Below, one piece after another: positions 1-9,216 of a stretch of 16,108 nt of DNA. The stretch is from Octopus sinensis. Its lineage: Eukaryota. Within the stretch, counting starts at the first letter, position 1. Every line of letters begins with the position of its first letter. The DNA lies in the NCBI RefSeq assembly GCF_006345805.1, contig NW_021825267.1, positions 1 through 16,108 on the forward strand, read 5' to 3'. Position numbers and translations under genes: made by a program. Below the pieces are notes generated by a model, which saw only the letters and a list, made by a program, of their open reading frames with translations, ran no database searches and was not told where the DNA came from.

Positions 1-70
1 ATAGAGAGAATAAGTAAGAGGAAGATAGGTAGAGGGAGATGTATAGAGAGGCTGAGAGAGCTGTAGAGAG

Positions 71-107
<37 letters not shown>

Positions 108-122
108 ATTTGAGATTAAGTG

Positions 123-153
<31 letters not shown>

Positions 154-208
154 ATAGGTAAGAGAAAGAGATAGACTAAGAGAGAGATAGCGATAAAGTG
201 AACAAGAC

Positions 209-275
<67 letters not shown>

Positions 276-304
276 TATAGATAGATAGGTAGATAGATAG
301 ATAA

Positions 305-336
<32 letters not shown>

Positions 337-358
337 GTAGATAGATAGATAGATAGAT
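1..358. repeat. Purine-rich compound microsatellite: (AG)n about 75-103, then (GATA)n about 209-358
   Basis: Directly visible; explains ORF 176..427 (IYLS repeats). Confidence 0.97.
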
Positions 359-685
359 GGAAATGGTGATTGTGTAAAGCAGTGAAGAGAGATAAGCGAA
401 AGGTGTTGGATAAATATAACGAAACAAGTAGAAAAATTTAAATAAAAGTTATAGAAATGTAAATCGAATAATTTTGACGTCACGGATCAATGATATAAAT
501 TACATTCACAAGATAACATCCACAAATACACAGAGAATCAGACGCAGTAATACGCTGCTACATACACACATACACAAACAGTGATGCATATATATCCGTT
601 ACATGGGTGTGTTGCAGTACAATATCCGCCATTTATATGTAAATGTTTGCAAATAATATATATGAGAGACGTTTATGAACTTATA

Positions 686-751
686 TTTTTCTCAATGGAC
701 AGCGGTCATGATGGGCATCGAAGAGGGTTCAGTCGAACAAATCGACCCTAG
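686..751 (-). mobile_element. 3' fragment of SINE group B
   Basis: Aligns in reverse with the 3' end of the full copy (14110-14172): GACAGCGGTCATG and GTCGAACAAATCGACCC here versus GACTGCGGCCATG and ATCGAGCAAATCGACCCC. Confidence 0.75.
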
Positions 752-754
752 TTT

Positions 755-789
<35 letters not shown>

Positions 790-790
790 T
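752..790. repeat. (TTTA)n microsatellite
   Basis: Directly visible. Confidence 0.95.
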
Positions 791-858
791 TCACTTTTAT
801 TGTTTGATACTTATTTCCTCAGACGCGTACAAAAAAATGGAACAGTTTTATACGAATA

Positions 859-1150
859 CTTGCAGAAATACCCGGCGTTGCCTGTGTTACATTCTATCGG
901 AGAACTAAACTTTTCTGTTATATTTTCTGTAATGAACTGGAATATCTATGTTTCGAATTTCATCAAAATTGCAGATGAGGGTTATTTCCCTCTTTACACA
1001 CCCTAAAAAAATTTGTAATCGTGCGACATGTATCCCATACTACTGATTTTTATGCGCATATTCCAAAATTCCAGTCTTATTGAACCTGTTAAAAAGATTT
1101 TGCTCCTGAAAAAGGAAGATTATGGAGCTCTAAAATGTGAGAGTTAAGGC
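859..1150 (-). mobile_element. Decayed non-autonomous Helitron-like element, 3' end at 859
   Basis: The minus strand reads CACAGGCAACGCCGGG-TATTTCTG-CAAG|T. This resembles a Helitron 3' end (GC hairpin, short spacer, CTRR, then T) with a decayed hairpin and CAAG for CTAG. Internal GAATTTCATCAAAATTG resembles motifs of animal non-autonomous Helitrons. The right boundary is approximate. Confidence 0.5.
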
Positions 1151-1408
1151 CCCTGTTGGGAGTGGGCATCTTAATGTCAACCGGAGAAGTTGAATTGTTG
1201 AGAATCTTTTTAACTTGGGTCTTTTATCTATTGTTTGAATTTCTTTGAAATAGGAAATATATCTTCACTGGCTTTGTAAAAGAGAGCAAAGCTACGGAAA
1301 CCAAAAGACGAATGATCACATTAAGCAGTCAGCTACCCTACCCTAGTCGTTACCACTCCCAATGTAGGATTCCTCACCATCCAGGTGACATGCACAGCCG
1401 TAAGATGC

Positions 1409-1440
1409 ATTACGAATCTATAGCAATTACGAATCTATAG
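1409..1440. repeat. Short tandem duplication, ATTACGAATCTATAG x2 (period 17)
   Basis: Exact 15-mer at 1409-1423 and 1426-1440. Confidence 0.9.
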
Positions 1441-1705
1441 AAGGGCGTGACCCAACTGAAATAAACATTAACAACTGTTTGACGTGAGGGCTGAGGAGAA
1501 ATGAAAGTGTAACCTCTGGAGTTCGCAAATAACCACTATATTGATACATAACTGGACAGAATAAATTTACAATCTGTCTTTGAATAAGCAGTCACTCATC
1601 TGAGAAGGCCTTGAAATCAATGTTTCCATCTGGGGACTATGTGTGACCAAGATGGTATATAATATAATATATATATATATATAATATATATATATATAAT
1701 ATATA

Positions 1706-1971
1706 TCACCGTGATCACCGTGACCGACCAGGCAATCAGATGTTGCTACACATCGCTGGTCACAATGCGCTTCGCATTGTTTTAGCGAGCAGGCCAACAG
1801 AAGAAAGAATGAGAGAAAGCTGTAGCGAAAGAGTACAGCAGGGATCGCCACCACTCCCTGCCAGAGCCTCGTGGAGCTTTAGGTGTTTTCGCTCAATAAA
1901 CACTCACAACGCCCGGTCTGGGAATTGAAACCGCGAGTCCGCTGCTCTAAACAGGGCCATTGCGCCTCCAC
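1706..1971 (-). mobile_element. tRNA-derived SINE group A (tRNA-Arg-like head, possibly octopus OR-type) with two internal deletions
   Basis: High identity to 6461-6777. It lacks 14 bp between two CCGCGA repeats in the head and about 30 bp after CATTGTTTTAGC. A (TA)n tract lies at its 3' end (1655-1705). Confidence 0.88.
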
Positions 1972-2082
1972 AACACACACACTCACACACACACACACAC
2001 AGACACGACACACACACACATATATATATGTATATACACACACATACACCTATATATATGTATTACAAACAACACATACACC

Positions 2083-2114
<32 letters not shown>

Positions 2115-2290
2115 ATATAATATATAACACACAACAGCATGTTAGGTGTGTGTGTATATGCCTGTTTCTGAGTGCCCGTATGAATATATACATATACGAA
2201 AGTCTAGTTCTGTATATACACATATATTAACTCTGACTCCATCTTTTCCCTCTTTCTCTCCCTCTCTCTCTCTCTGTCTCCCAAAATGTG
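1972..2290. repeat. Compound (CA)n/(TA)n/(TG)n/(CT)n microsatellite zone
   Basis: Directly visible. Confidence 0.9.
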
Positions 2291-2774
2291 CACTTCCTCT
2301 TGTTTCTATATCCCATGAACCTTTATTTTTTTCATATAAATTCTGCTTTTTTTTCTCTCTCTCAATTTATAAATTAATGTCTTCTTAAAAATAACGTAGA
2401 ATTTAACTTTAATTAAAATTGTTTATATTCCCGACGGCATGAATTCTTTTGGTGCTTGAGAGCCGCTTTTAATGCATTCATGGTTGCGCATGCGTGCATA
2501 TGTAGTTTCAAATACATACAAACACACTCTCTTATATACATACACATGTACAGACATACGATTAGAAGCACATGATTATAGGGAAAATTGTATCGATATG
2601 TATATATATATATATATATAGTTTTGAATATATATGTTATATATCTGATGTGTGTGTGTCTCACTGTCTCCCCCTCTCTCTCACTTTATATTTATATATG
2701 TGTGTGTGTGTATGTTAGAGAGTGTGTGTGCGTGTTTGTGTGCATGTGTAGAGCATATTTTTATCTTCTATTTA

Positions 2775-2852
2775 TTGCTTCTTTCAATCATTAGACAGCG
2801 GCCGTGCTGGGGCACCACCTTGGAGAATTTTAGTCGAACGAATCGACCTCAG
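2775..2852 (-). mobile_element. 3' fragment of SINE group B
   Basis: TCATTAGACAGCGGCCGTGCTGGGGCACC...GTCGAACGAATCGACCTCAG matches the reverse complement of the group B 3' end. Confidence 0.8.
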
Positions 2853-2855
2853 TTG

Positions 2856-2954
2856 TAGCCAGCGAGGCAGCGTCATTTGAAGGCAAAAACAATGCGAAAC
2901 ACATCGTGACCAGCGATGTGTAACAGCATCTGATAGCCTTGTCGGTCACGGTGA
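2856..2954 (+). mobile_element. 3' fragment of SINE group A
   Basis: Reverse complement of about 6461-6570 (GCGTCATTTGAAGG...GTCGGTCACGGTGA), followed by a (TA)n tail. Confidence 0.88.
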
Positions 2955-3048
2955 TATATATATATTATGTGTGTGTGTGGTGTGTGTGTATACATAAACA
3001 AAGCAGTGACACCGAAAAAACCCAGATGTTATGTAAGGAACTTCATTT

Positions 3049-3102
3049 GCTTACAATTGTTTCTGCTATAGCAGGATAATATCTTATAGCTTCATCAGAG
3101 GC
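3049..3102 (-). ncRNA. Minimal type I hammerhead ribozyme motif (HHR-1)
   Basis: Minus strand: GCCT CTGATGA A GCTATA [14 nt] TATAGC A GAAA C AATT G TA|AGC. Both core motifs are exact, stem II is 6 bp, stem III is the palindrome ACAATTGT and the cleavage triplet is GUA. Stem I is only 2-3 bp and the stem II closing position is A/A. Confidence 0.72.
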
Positions 3103-3130
3103 TTGACATTATTAGGGAGAGTTGCATTTT

Positions 3131-3150
3131 CACATACATACATACATACA

Positions 3151-3186
<36 letters not shown>

Positions 3187-3190
3187 TATA
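3131..3190. repeat. (TACA)n/(TA)n microsatellite
   Basis: Directly visible. Confidence 0.95.
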
Positions 3191-3562
3191 TTCTTCCACC
3201 GTCTAGGCTTAAAAAAGCCCTCAATGTTGGTTTCCTTGTCCTGTTTTTATTCTTTATGTGTACTATATTTTTATTTGTATTGCTTTTACGTCCTGTTCTT
3301 GTCACTTTTTTTCTTCTTTTACCCCTCTGCAAAAGAATTTTATTTAATTCATTTGCAGGAAGTCTGCTTCGGCCGGATCGTGTTCTGCCTTACCTTCGAA
3401 ACACGCATTGAGTCGAACCAGGGGCAGCTGATGAAGGGGAATATTCCTTGTATTGGTTTCTTGTACTCTGTTTTTTCGTTGTTAAAAAAGTCCGTTTCCT
3501 TGTTTTGTTTTTATGTTTCGTTTCTCGTTGTGTTTTACGTTTATCTGTGGTGCCCTGTACTC

Positions 3563-3590
3563 ATATATATATACATATATATATATTTAT

Positions 3591-3680
<90 letters not shown>

Positions 3681-3752
3681 CATGTATATATACATATAGA
3701 TGTAGGTATGTACATATATGTATGTATGCATATGTTTTATTTGTTAAATTGT

Positions 3753-3785
<33 letters not shown>
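3563..3785. repeat. (TA)n-rich microsatellite tract
   Basis: Directly visible. Confidence 0.95.
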
Positions 3786-3787
<2 letters not shown>

Positions 3788-4148
3788 AGTTCAGCAAATT
3801 TAGATTCATATGAATATGGTACTTAAGGTAAAGATACCAGAATTTGGTATGGTATTATCCATATAAATCAAATGTAGTGATTATAATCAAAATAAGCAAC
3901 AAGGATATCCAAGGTAGAGTAGTACAATCGTTTCATGCTACTTCATTTCATTAAGCACTGTAAGTATTACATCAGTTTTAAAATGTCGAGCACTCGTCAT
4001 CCACATATAGAATTTTAAAAATTAACTAGACAATGTTCGTTTTGATACTTATATTTGCCAACATTACAAAGAGGATAGATATATAGACAGAGAGGTTAAT
4101 TTCATCATTAAGAACATGGTAGTAGAAGGTCCTTCTCCATGGGTAGAT

Positions 4149-4155
4149 TTTTTTA

Positions 4156-4201
<46 letters not shown>

Positions 4202-4212
4202 ATATATATATA
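4149..4212. repeat. (CT)n-(TA)n microsatellite
   Basis: Directly visible. Confidence 0.95.
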
Positions 4213-4240
4213 CTTTATTTTAAGCAGCAGAAAATTCAAC

Positions 4241-4287
4241 AAAATCTGTTACTCTGAGTTTCTCGTTGCCGTTCATCAGACAGTTTT
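4241..4287 (-). ncRNA. Minimal type I hammerhead ribozyme motif (HHR-2)
   Basis: Minus strand: AAAA CTGT CTGATGA A CG GCAA CG A GAAA CTC A GAG TA|ACAG A TTTT. Stem I is 4 bp (plus 4 after a bulge), the core is exact, stem II is 2 bp with a GNRA loop, stem III is ACTC-A-GAGT and the triplet is GUA. AATAAA and a (TA)n tract follow downstream. Confidence 0.85.
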
Positions 4288-4309
4288 TATGTGTTTACTC
4301 CGGTATATA

Positions 4310-4350
<41 letters not shown>

Positions 4351-4355
<5 letters not shown>

Positions 4356-4445
4356 GCTTAATAGTTAGGATGTTGCTCTAGTGGTCGTGATTTTCAATTC
4401 CTAGACCAGGTGATATGTTGTGATCTTGGGTAGAAACATTTCGTC
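4351..4445 (+). mobile_element. Degenerate tRNA-derived SINE 5' fragment
   Basis: A-box-like TGGCTTAATAG, B-box-like TTTCAATTCC, then GTTGTGATCTTGGG resembling the CORE-like segment of 5839-5979. Confidence 0.45.
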
Positions 4446-4769
4446 TACCTGACCGTGCACCTGGTCAGGTGTTGTCGTTTTGATGGAGAGAGTGAATTAG
4501 TGTATGGCACGAACATTTGATCATATAAACAAATCATTCGTGCAGGTCGTTGAACAAAAGCTGAACGCTCATACATTGTCTTCGACGGTAGAGCCCATTA
4601 TACACACACGCACAGACACACACACACACATACGCGCACACACAGACACACACACACTCACACACAATATAATTTATACATTTATATAACTGAAATGTTT
4701 TTTACACACTTTACCTTAAGACAGAATATCTATTCTATTGTTTAATTTCTAGAAACGTGCACGGTATAT

Positions 4770-5102
<333 letters not shown>

Positions 5103-5392
5103 AGGGTTTGTGTCGAATTAAATCATGTTTGTGTGTCACTAGGTAACCAGATTGGAATTTCGGAATCCTTGAATCACAAATTTTCTTAATACATTTGCCG
5201 TTGGGGTTTTTACGCGTGCATGTGAAATATATCTTTTGTTTGAAATTGTAAATTTTAACACATTTTCAAAATAAAGTATTCACACGCACACACATATATG
5301 CACACACATATACTCACACGCATATGCGTATATATATATATACTCACAAACATATGCATCGAATGCATGTGTGTTTATATGCGAGCGAATGT

Positions 5393-5452
5393 ATATGTAT
5401 GTAGAAATAGATATGTATGTAGAAATAGATAATGTACTGAAATAGATAATGT
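5393..5452. repeat. Short 17-18-bp minisatellite (ATATGTATGTAGAAATAG x2 plus degenerate units)
   Basis: Exact units at 5393-5410 and 5411-5428. Confidence 0.85.
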
Positions 5453-5838
5453 TGTGTCACACGCACTCTTCGTCACACATGCGGCGAAGAATACATACAT
5501 ATTACAGTTATACATTCAGGTGTATACACATACATTGTTTCAAACAAAGAGTATATACACTCTTATGTGTGCTAATTACTTTATATACGCGTATATGTGT
5601 GTGTGCGTTGCGTACGTTTTTGCGTATGTCTGTCTACGTTACTGTTCCATATGTATTATGTTGTAGATGTATCTTCGTTCATCAACAATTTGGGATAAAA
5701 CGGTACACTTAACTGCGAACTATGTTAAATTTATCACGAATTGATCTGTCATAACACTGTTCAGCAATGAATGTAGATTCTGCTAATTATATTTTTCAAA
5801 TATTTTTCTTTATTATTTACTGATCGTATGTCATTAAG

Positions 5839-5979
5839 TGAAGGTGCGTGGCTTAGTGGTTAGGAAATAGGGCTCCCATTTGCAAGGTTGTAAGTTCGAT
5901 TCCTGGCGTTGTGCTGTGTCCTTGAACAAAATACTTTATTTCACGTTTCTCCACTCAGCTGGCAAAAAGAAAATGAGTA
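5839..5979 (+). mobile_element. tRNA-derived SINE, 5' part with CORE-like domain
   Basis: A box TGGCTTAGTGG (5849-5859), B box AGTTCGATTCC (5893-5903), then CTGTGTCCTTGAACAAAATACTT resembling the CORE-SINE motif. Confidence 0.72.
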
Positions 5980-6105
5980 TTTAAAAACATAAGAGGCATC
6001 CATCATAGGACTCCTTGCACGCTAGAGAGAACATTTAAATTCTAAACCACTATTAGGGATAAAACTTCGAAGGGAATGAAAAATAAAAACATTAACCATC
6101 TAACT

Positions 6106-6175
6106 CCTGGACCATGGTTTCAGACTTCTCTCTAGCAAATAAAATAATTTGCTAGGCGAAGACTTCTTCAGCAGG
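6106..6175 (-). ncRNA. Type I hammerhead ribozyme motif with long stem II (HHR-3)
   Basis: Minus strand: CCTG CTGAAGA AGTCTTCGC-CTAGCAAAT TATTTT ATTTGCTAG-AGAGAAGTCT GAAA C CATG G TC|CAGG. Stem I is a perfect 4 bp, stem II is about 16 bp, stem III is the palindrome ACCATGGT and the triplet is the canonical GUC. Confidence 0.9.
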
Positions 6176-6365
6176 TACACCATAGATTAAACATATATAC
6201 ACGAAGCAATCCATTATATGCCCCATGCTTATACATTCTAAATGTACACAGCATTTATATGAATAATATATAGTCTATTGACTAAATTTTTACACGCTAG
6301 GCCACTGGTAGTAGGAATTTCAAATATTTCTTATTACCTTTGATATTATTAATTATTTACAATCT

Positions 6366-6409
6366 CTAGGTGTTTTCGCTCAATAAACACTCACAATACC
6401 CGGTCTGGG
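6366..6409 (-). mobile_element. Short internal fragment of SINE group A
   Basis: TAGGTGTTTTCGCTCAATAAACACTCACAATACCCGGTCTGGG is near-identical to about 6665-6707. Confidence 0.85.
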
Positions 6410-6428
6410 GACTATGGTATATTATATA

Positions 6429-6460
<32 letters not shown>

Positions 6461-6461
<1 letters not shown>

Positions 6462-6777
6462 CACCGTGATCACCGTGACCGACCAGGCTATCAGATGTTG
6501 CTACACATCGCTGGTCACAATGCGCTTCGCATTGTTTTATCCTTCAAATGACGCCACCCCGATGGCTAAGCGAGCAGGCCAACAGAAGAAAGAGTGAGAG
6601 AAAGCTGTGGCGAAAGAGTACAGAAGGGACAGCCACCACCCTCTGCCGGAGCCTCGTAGAGCTTTTAGATGTTTTCGCTCAATAAACACTCACAATACCC
6701 GGTCTGGGAATCGAAACCGCGATCGTACGACCGCGAGTCCGCTGCCCTAACCACTGGGCCATTGCGCCCCCCCCCAC
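6461..6777 (-). mobile_element. Full-length tRNA-derived SINE group A
   Basis: Minus-strand head GGCGCAATGGCCCAGTGGTTAGGGCAGCGGACTCGCGGTCGTACGATCGCGGTTTCGATTCC has A and B boxes and is tRNA-Arg-like. The (TA)n tail is at 6417-6460. Confidence 0.9.
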
Positions 6778-6945
6778 ACAGATATAATCCTCGAGGTAGT
6801 CTAATCAACAGCAAAGCGTTGAAGTCGATGACATCTATTGGTCTGTAGAAATACATTCAACACTATTTCGATATTTTGAGTGCTTTTTACTCAATAAGCT
6901 GATTGCTTTAAGGTATGCTTTTTACTTGAAGCACACACATAATAT

Positions 6946-7477
6946 AAACATATATATATATGTACAAACGTATGTATATATTCATATAAATATGTATACA
7001 TACATATACACATATATATTATATAATATATACATATATATATATACATATATTATATAATGTATATATATATATATACACTAAACATATATATACGCAT
7101 ATATACAAATATATATATATATATAACATATTTATAATGTATATATATATATATACACATAAACATATATATACGCATATATATACAAATATATATATAT
7201 ATATACATATATATAATATATATATACTATGTATTATGTATATATATATATATGTACATATATATGTATGTATATGTGTAATATGTGTTTATGTATATAT
7301 ATATGTATATATATAATATATATATATGATAATATATGTGTGGTGTGTGTATATGTATATACATATGTATGTATATGTGTTTATGTATATATATATATTA
7401 TATAATATATATAATATTATATATGTGTGTGTATATGTATATATATATATATGTATATATTGTGTATATATTGTGTT

Positions 7478-7517
<40 letters not shown>

Positions 7518-7527
7518 GCTTATATAT
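6946..7527. repeat. Long (TA)n-based compound microsatellite
   Basis: Directly visible; source of ORFs 7326..7529 and 7427..7675. Confidence 0.95.
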
Positions 7528-7887
7528 GAACGACTCTTATATTGAATTCATAGCACTGTATATGTTTGATCTTTTACGAAAGCATTTTTCTATTTCCTTT
7601 ATCGTTCTTTATGGTTTAGTAAGGTGCAATAAATTTTCTCGGTGCAACAAACTTTCAACACTTTTTCCACGGTAAAGGTTTCTGTCTACCTTATTTATAA
7701 CCACCTTTTCTGTGTTTCATACAAGGTATATATATATATATATACATAATTTTGTTACTGATTATATAATCGTGTAATATAAAGTATGGTCGCAATTGCA
7801 AGTATAGTATATACGGTAAGAATCCGTATATACTATAATTTGGTCTGCTGCTTTTTTAATCGCTTGTTGCAGCTTTGGAGAATATAT

Positions 7888-8050
7888 CTTGCGCTATTTC
7901 GTCACGTCTACTGAGATTTCAATTGAAATCCCACCTAGGTTAAATTCGGTTTTCATCCTTTCGGCAGTCGATAAATAAAGTACCACACACAGTACTGGAG
8001 TCATTGGTCATCTCCCTCTCTCAAAATCATTGACATTAAAGTTAGAAACT
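7888..8050 (+). mobile_element. Old, diverged SINE group C copy
   Basis: TTTTCATCCTTTCGGCAGTCGATAAATAAAGTACCA matches the group C central domain; the flanks are degenerate. Confidence 0.6.
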
Positions 8051-8061
8051 ATAAAATTAAG

Positions 8062-8595
8062 AACAATGGTTTAAAATCTTAGCACAAGGCTAGCAATTTG
8101 AGGCGAGAGGTAAGTCGATTATATTAACCCCAGTAAAGGCGGCGAGCTGGCAGAAACGTTATCACGCCGGGCGAAATGAGTAGCCGTATTTCGTCTGTTG
8201 TTACGTTCCGAGTTCAAATTCCGCCGAGGTCGACTTTGCCGTTCATCCTTTCGGGGTCGATAAACTAAGTACCAGTTACGCACTGGGGTCGATGTAATCG
8301 ACTTAATCCGTTTGTCTGTCCTTGTTTGTCCCCTCTGTGTTTAGCCCCTTGTGGGTAGTAAAGAAATAGGTATTTCGTCTGCCGCTACATTCTGAGTTCA
8401 AATTCCGCCGAGGTCGACATTTCCTTTTATCCTTTCGGGGCCGGTAAAATAAGAACCAGTTGAATACTGTGGTCGATATAATCGACTTAATCCGTTTGTC
8501 TGTCCTTGTTTGTCCCCTCTGTGTTTAGACCCTTGTGGGTAGTAAAGAAATATATATTAACCCCAGTATTCAGCTGGTACTTATTTTGTCAGCCT
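8062..8595 (-). mobile_element. Older group C-related SINE 3' portion, split by the 8136-8552 insertion
   Basis: Joining 8062-8135 to 8569-8595 gives, on the minus strand, AAAATAAGTACCAGCTGAATACTGGGGTTAATATAATCGACTTACC...GCCTTGTGC, continuous with the group C body. Confidence 0.75.
8136..8552 (+). mobile_element. Young SINE group C dimer (head plus two 184-bp units) with 16-bp TSD
   Basis: A-box-like TGGCAGAAACG and B-box-like AGTTCAAATTCC. The central GCC(G/T)TTCATCCTTTCGGGGTCGATAAA resembles the MetaSINE-type domain from memory. TSD TATATTAACCCCAGTA is at 8120-8135 and 8553-8568. Confidence 0.92.
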
Positions 8596-8706
8596 AAATA
8601 GTAGTGAGTGAATTCCTGAAACATATCTTTTGAATGTTTTAACAAAATTTGCGTAGGTGTTATTCTAAACAGCAATAGAGGTAAAGTTTGGAAGGCGGTG
8701 GCGGAG

Positions 8707-9057
8707 AGGAAGAAGAAAAAAGAGATGGAGAAGAAGAAGAAGAAGAAGAAGAAGAAGAAGAAGAAGAAGAAGAAGAAGATGGAGAAGAATTGAGAAGATG
8801 GAGATGGAGAAGATGGAGATGGAGGAGAAGGAGGAGAAGAAGGAGAAGAAAGAGACGAAGGAAACGAAGGAGAAGAAGGAGAAGAAGAAGAAGAAGAAGA
8901 AGGAGAAGGAGAAGAAGAAGAGGGAGGAGAAGGAGGAGAAGAAGAAGGAGAAGAAGGAGAAGAAGAAGGAAAAGAAGAAGAAGGAGAAGAAGAAGAAGAA
9001 GAAGGAGAAGAAGAAGAAAGAGACGAAGGAGAAGAAGAAGAAAGAGAATGGAGAATA
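8707..9057. repeat. (GAA/GGA)n purine trinucleotide tract
   Basis: Directly visible; source of the poly-E/R/K ORFs. Confidence 0.97.
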
Positions 9058-9216
9058 AGAAGGAATGTAGGTAGTATGATAGTAGTAAGGTGTTAAATGG
9101 CCAAGCAGCTTAAAATTGGCTCGTTATGGATTATAGCATTGATTGGGATTGTTTTTTAATGAATTCTTGGGAATCCCTTGAGTGTATCATATTTGATATT
9201 TGCTTGTGTGTTTGTG

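Noticed and set aside
176-427. 83-aa ORF and the other IY/TH/YYY-rich ORFs across the window
   Set aside because: They are translations of GATA, TA, CA, TACA and ATT microsatellites, which lack stops in some frames.
790-830. Minus-strand CTGAGGA at 816-822 as a hammerhead
   Set aside because: No stem II, and CAAA in place of GAAA.
1322-1594. 10-bp direct repeat TAAGCAGTCA as a TSD
   Set aside because: The enclosed sequence has no tail, TIRs or second copy in the window; compatible with chance.
1595-1630. CTGAGAAGGCCTTGAAA as a hammerhead
   Set aside because: The core lacks a nucleotide and stems I and III do not form.
6122-6167. 8-bp direct repeats (AGACTTCT) around a hairpin as a tiny hAT-like insertion
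   Set aside because: Better explained as the imperfect stem II arms and core of HHR-3.
6700-6777. tRNA genes (also 5839-5905, 12079-12142, 13786-13860)
   Set aside because: They have A and B boxes but no complete cloverleaf, and they are continuous with or match SINE bodies.
8186-8552. Ribozyme within the 184-bp SINE unit (retrozyme hypothesis)
   Set aside because: No CUGANGA core on either strand and no convincing HDV-like fold by eye.
8688-9074. Poly-E/R/K ORFs
   Set aside because: Entirely the GAA/GGA tract; no splice or homology support.
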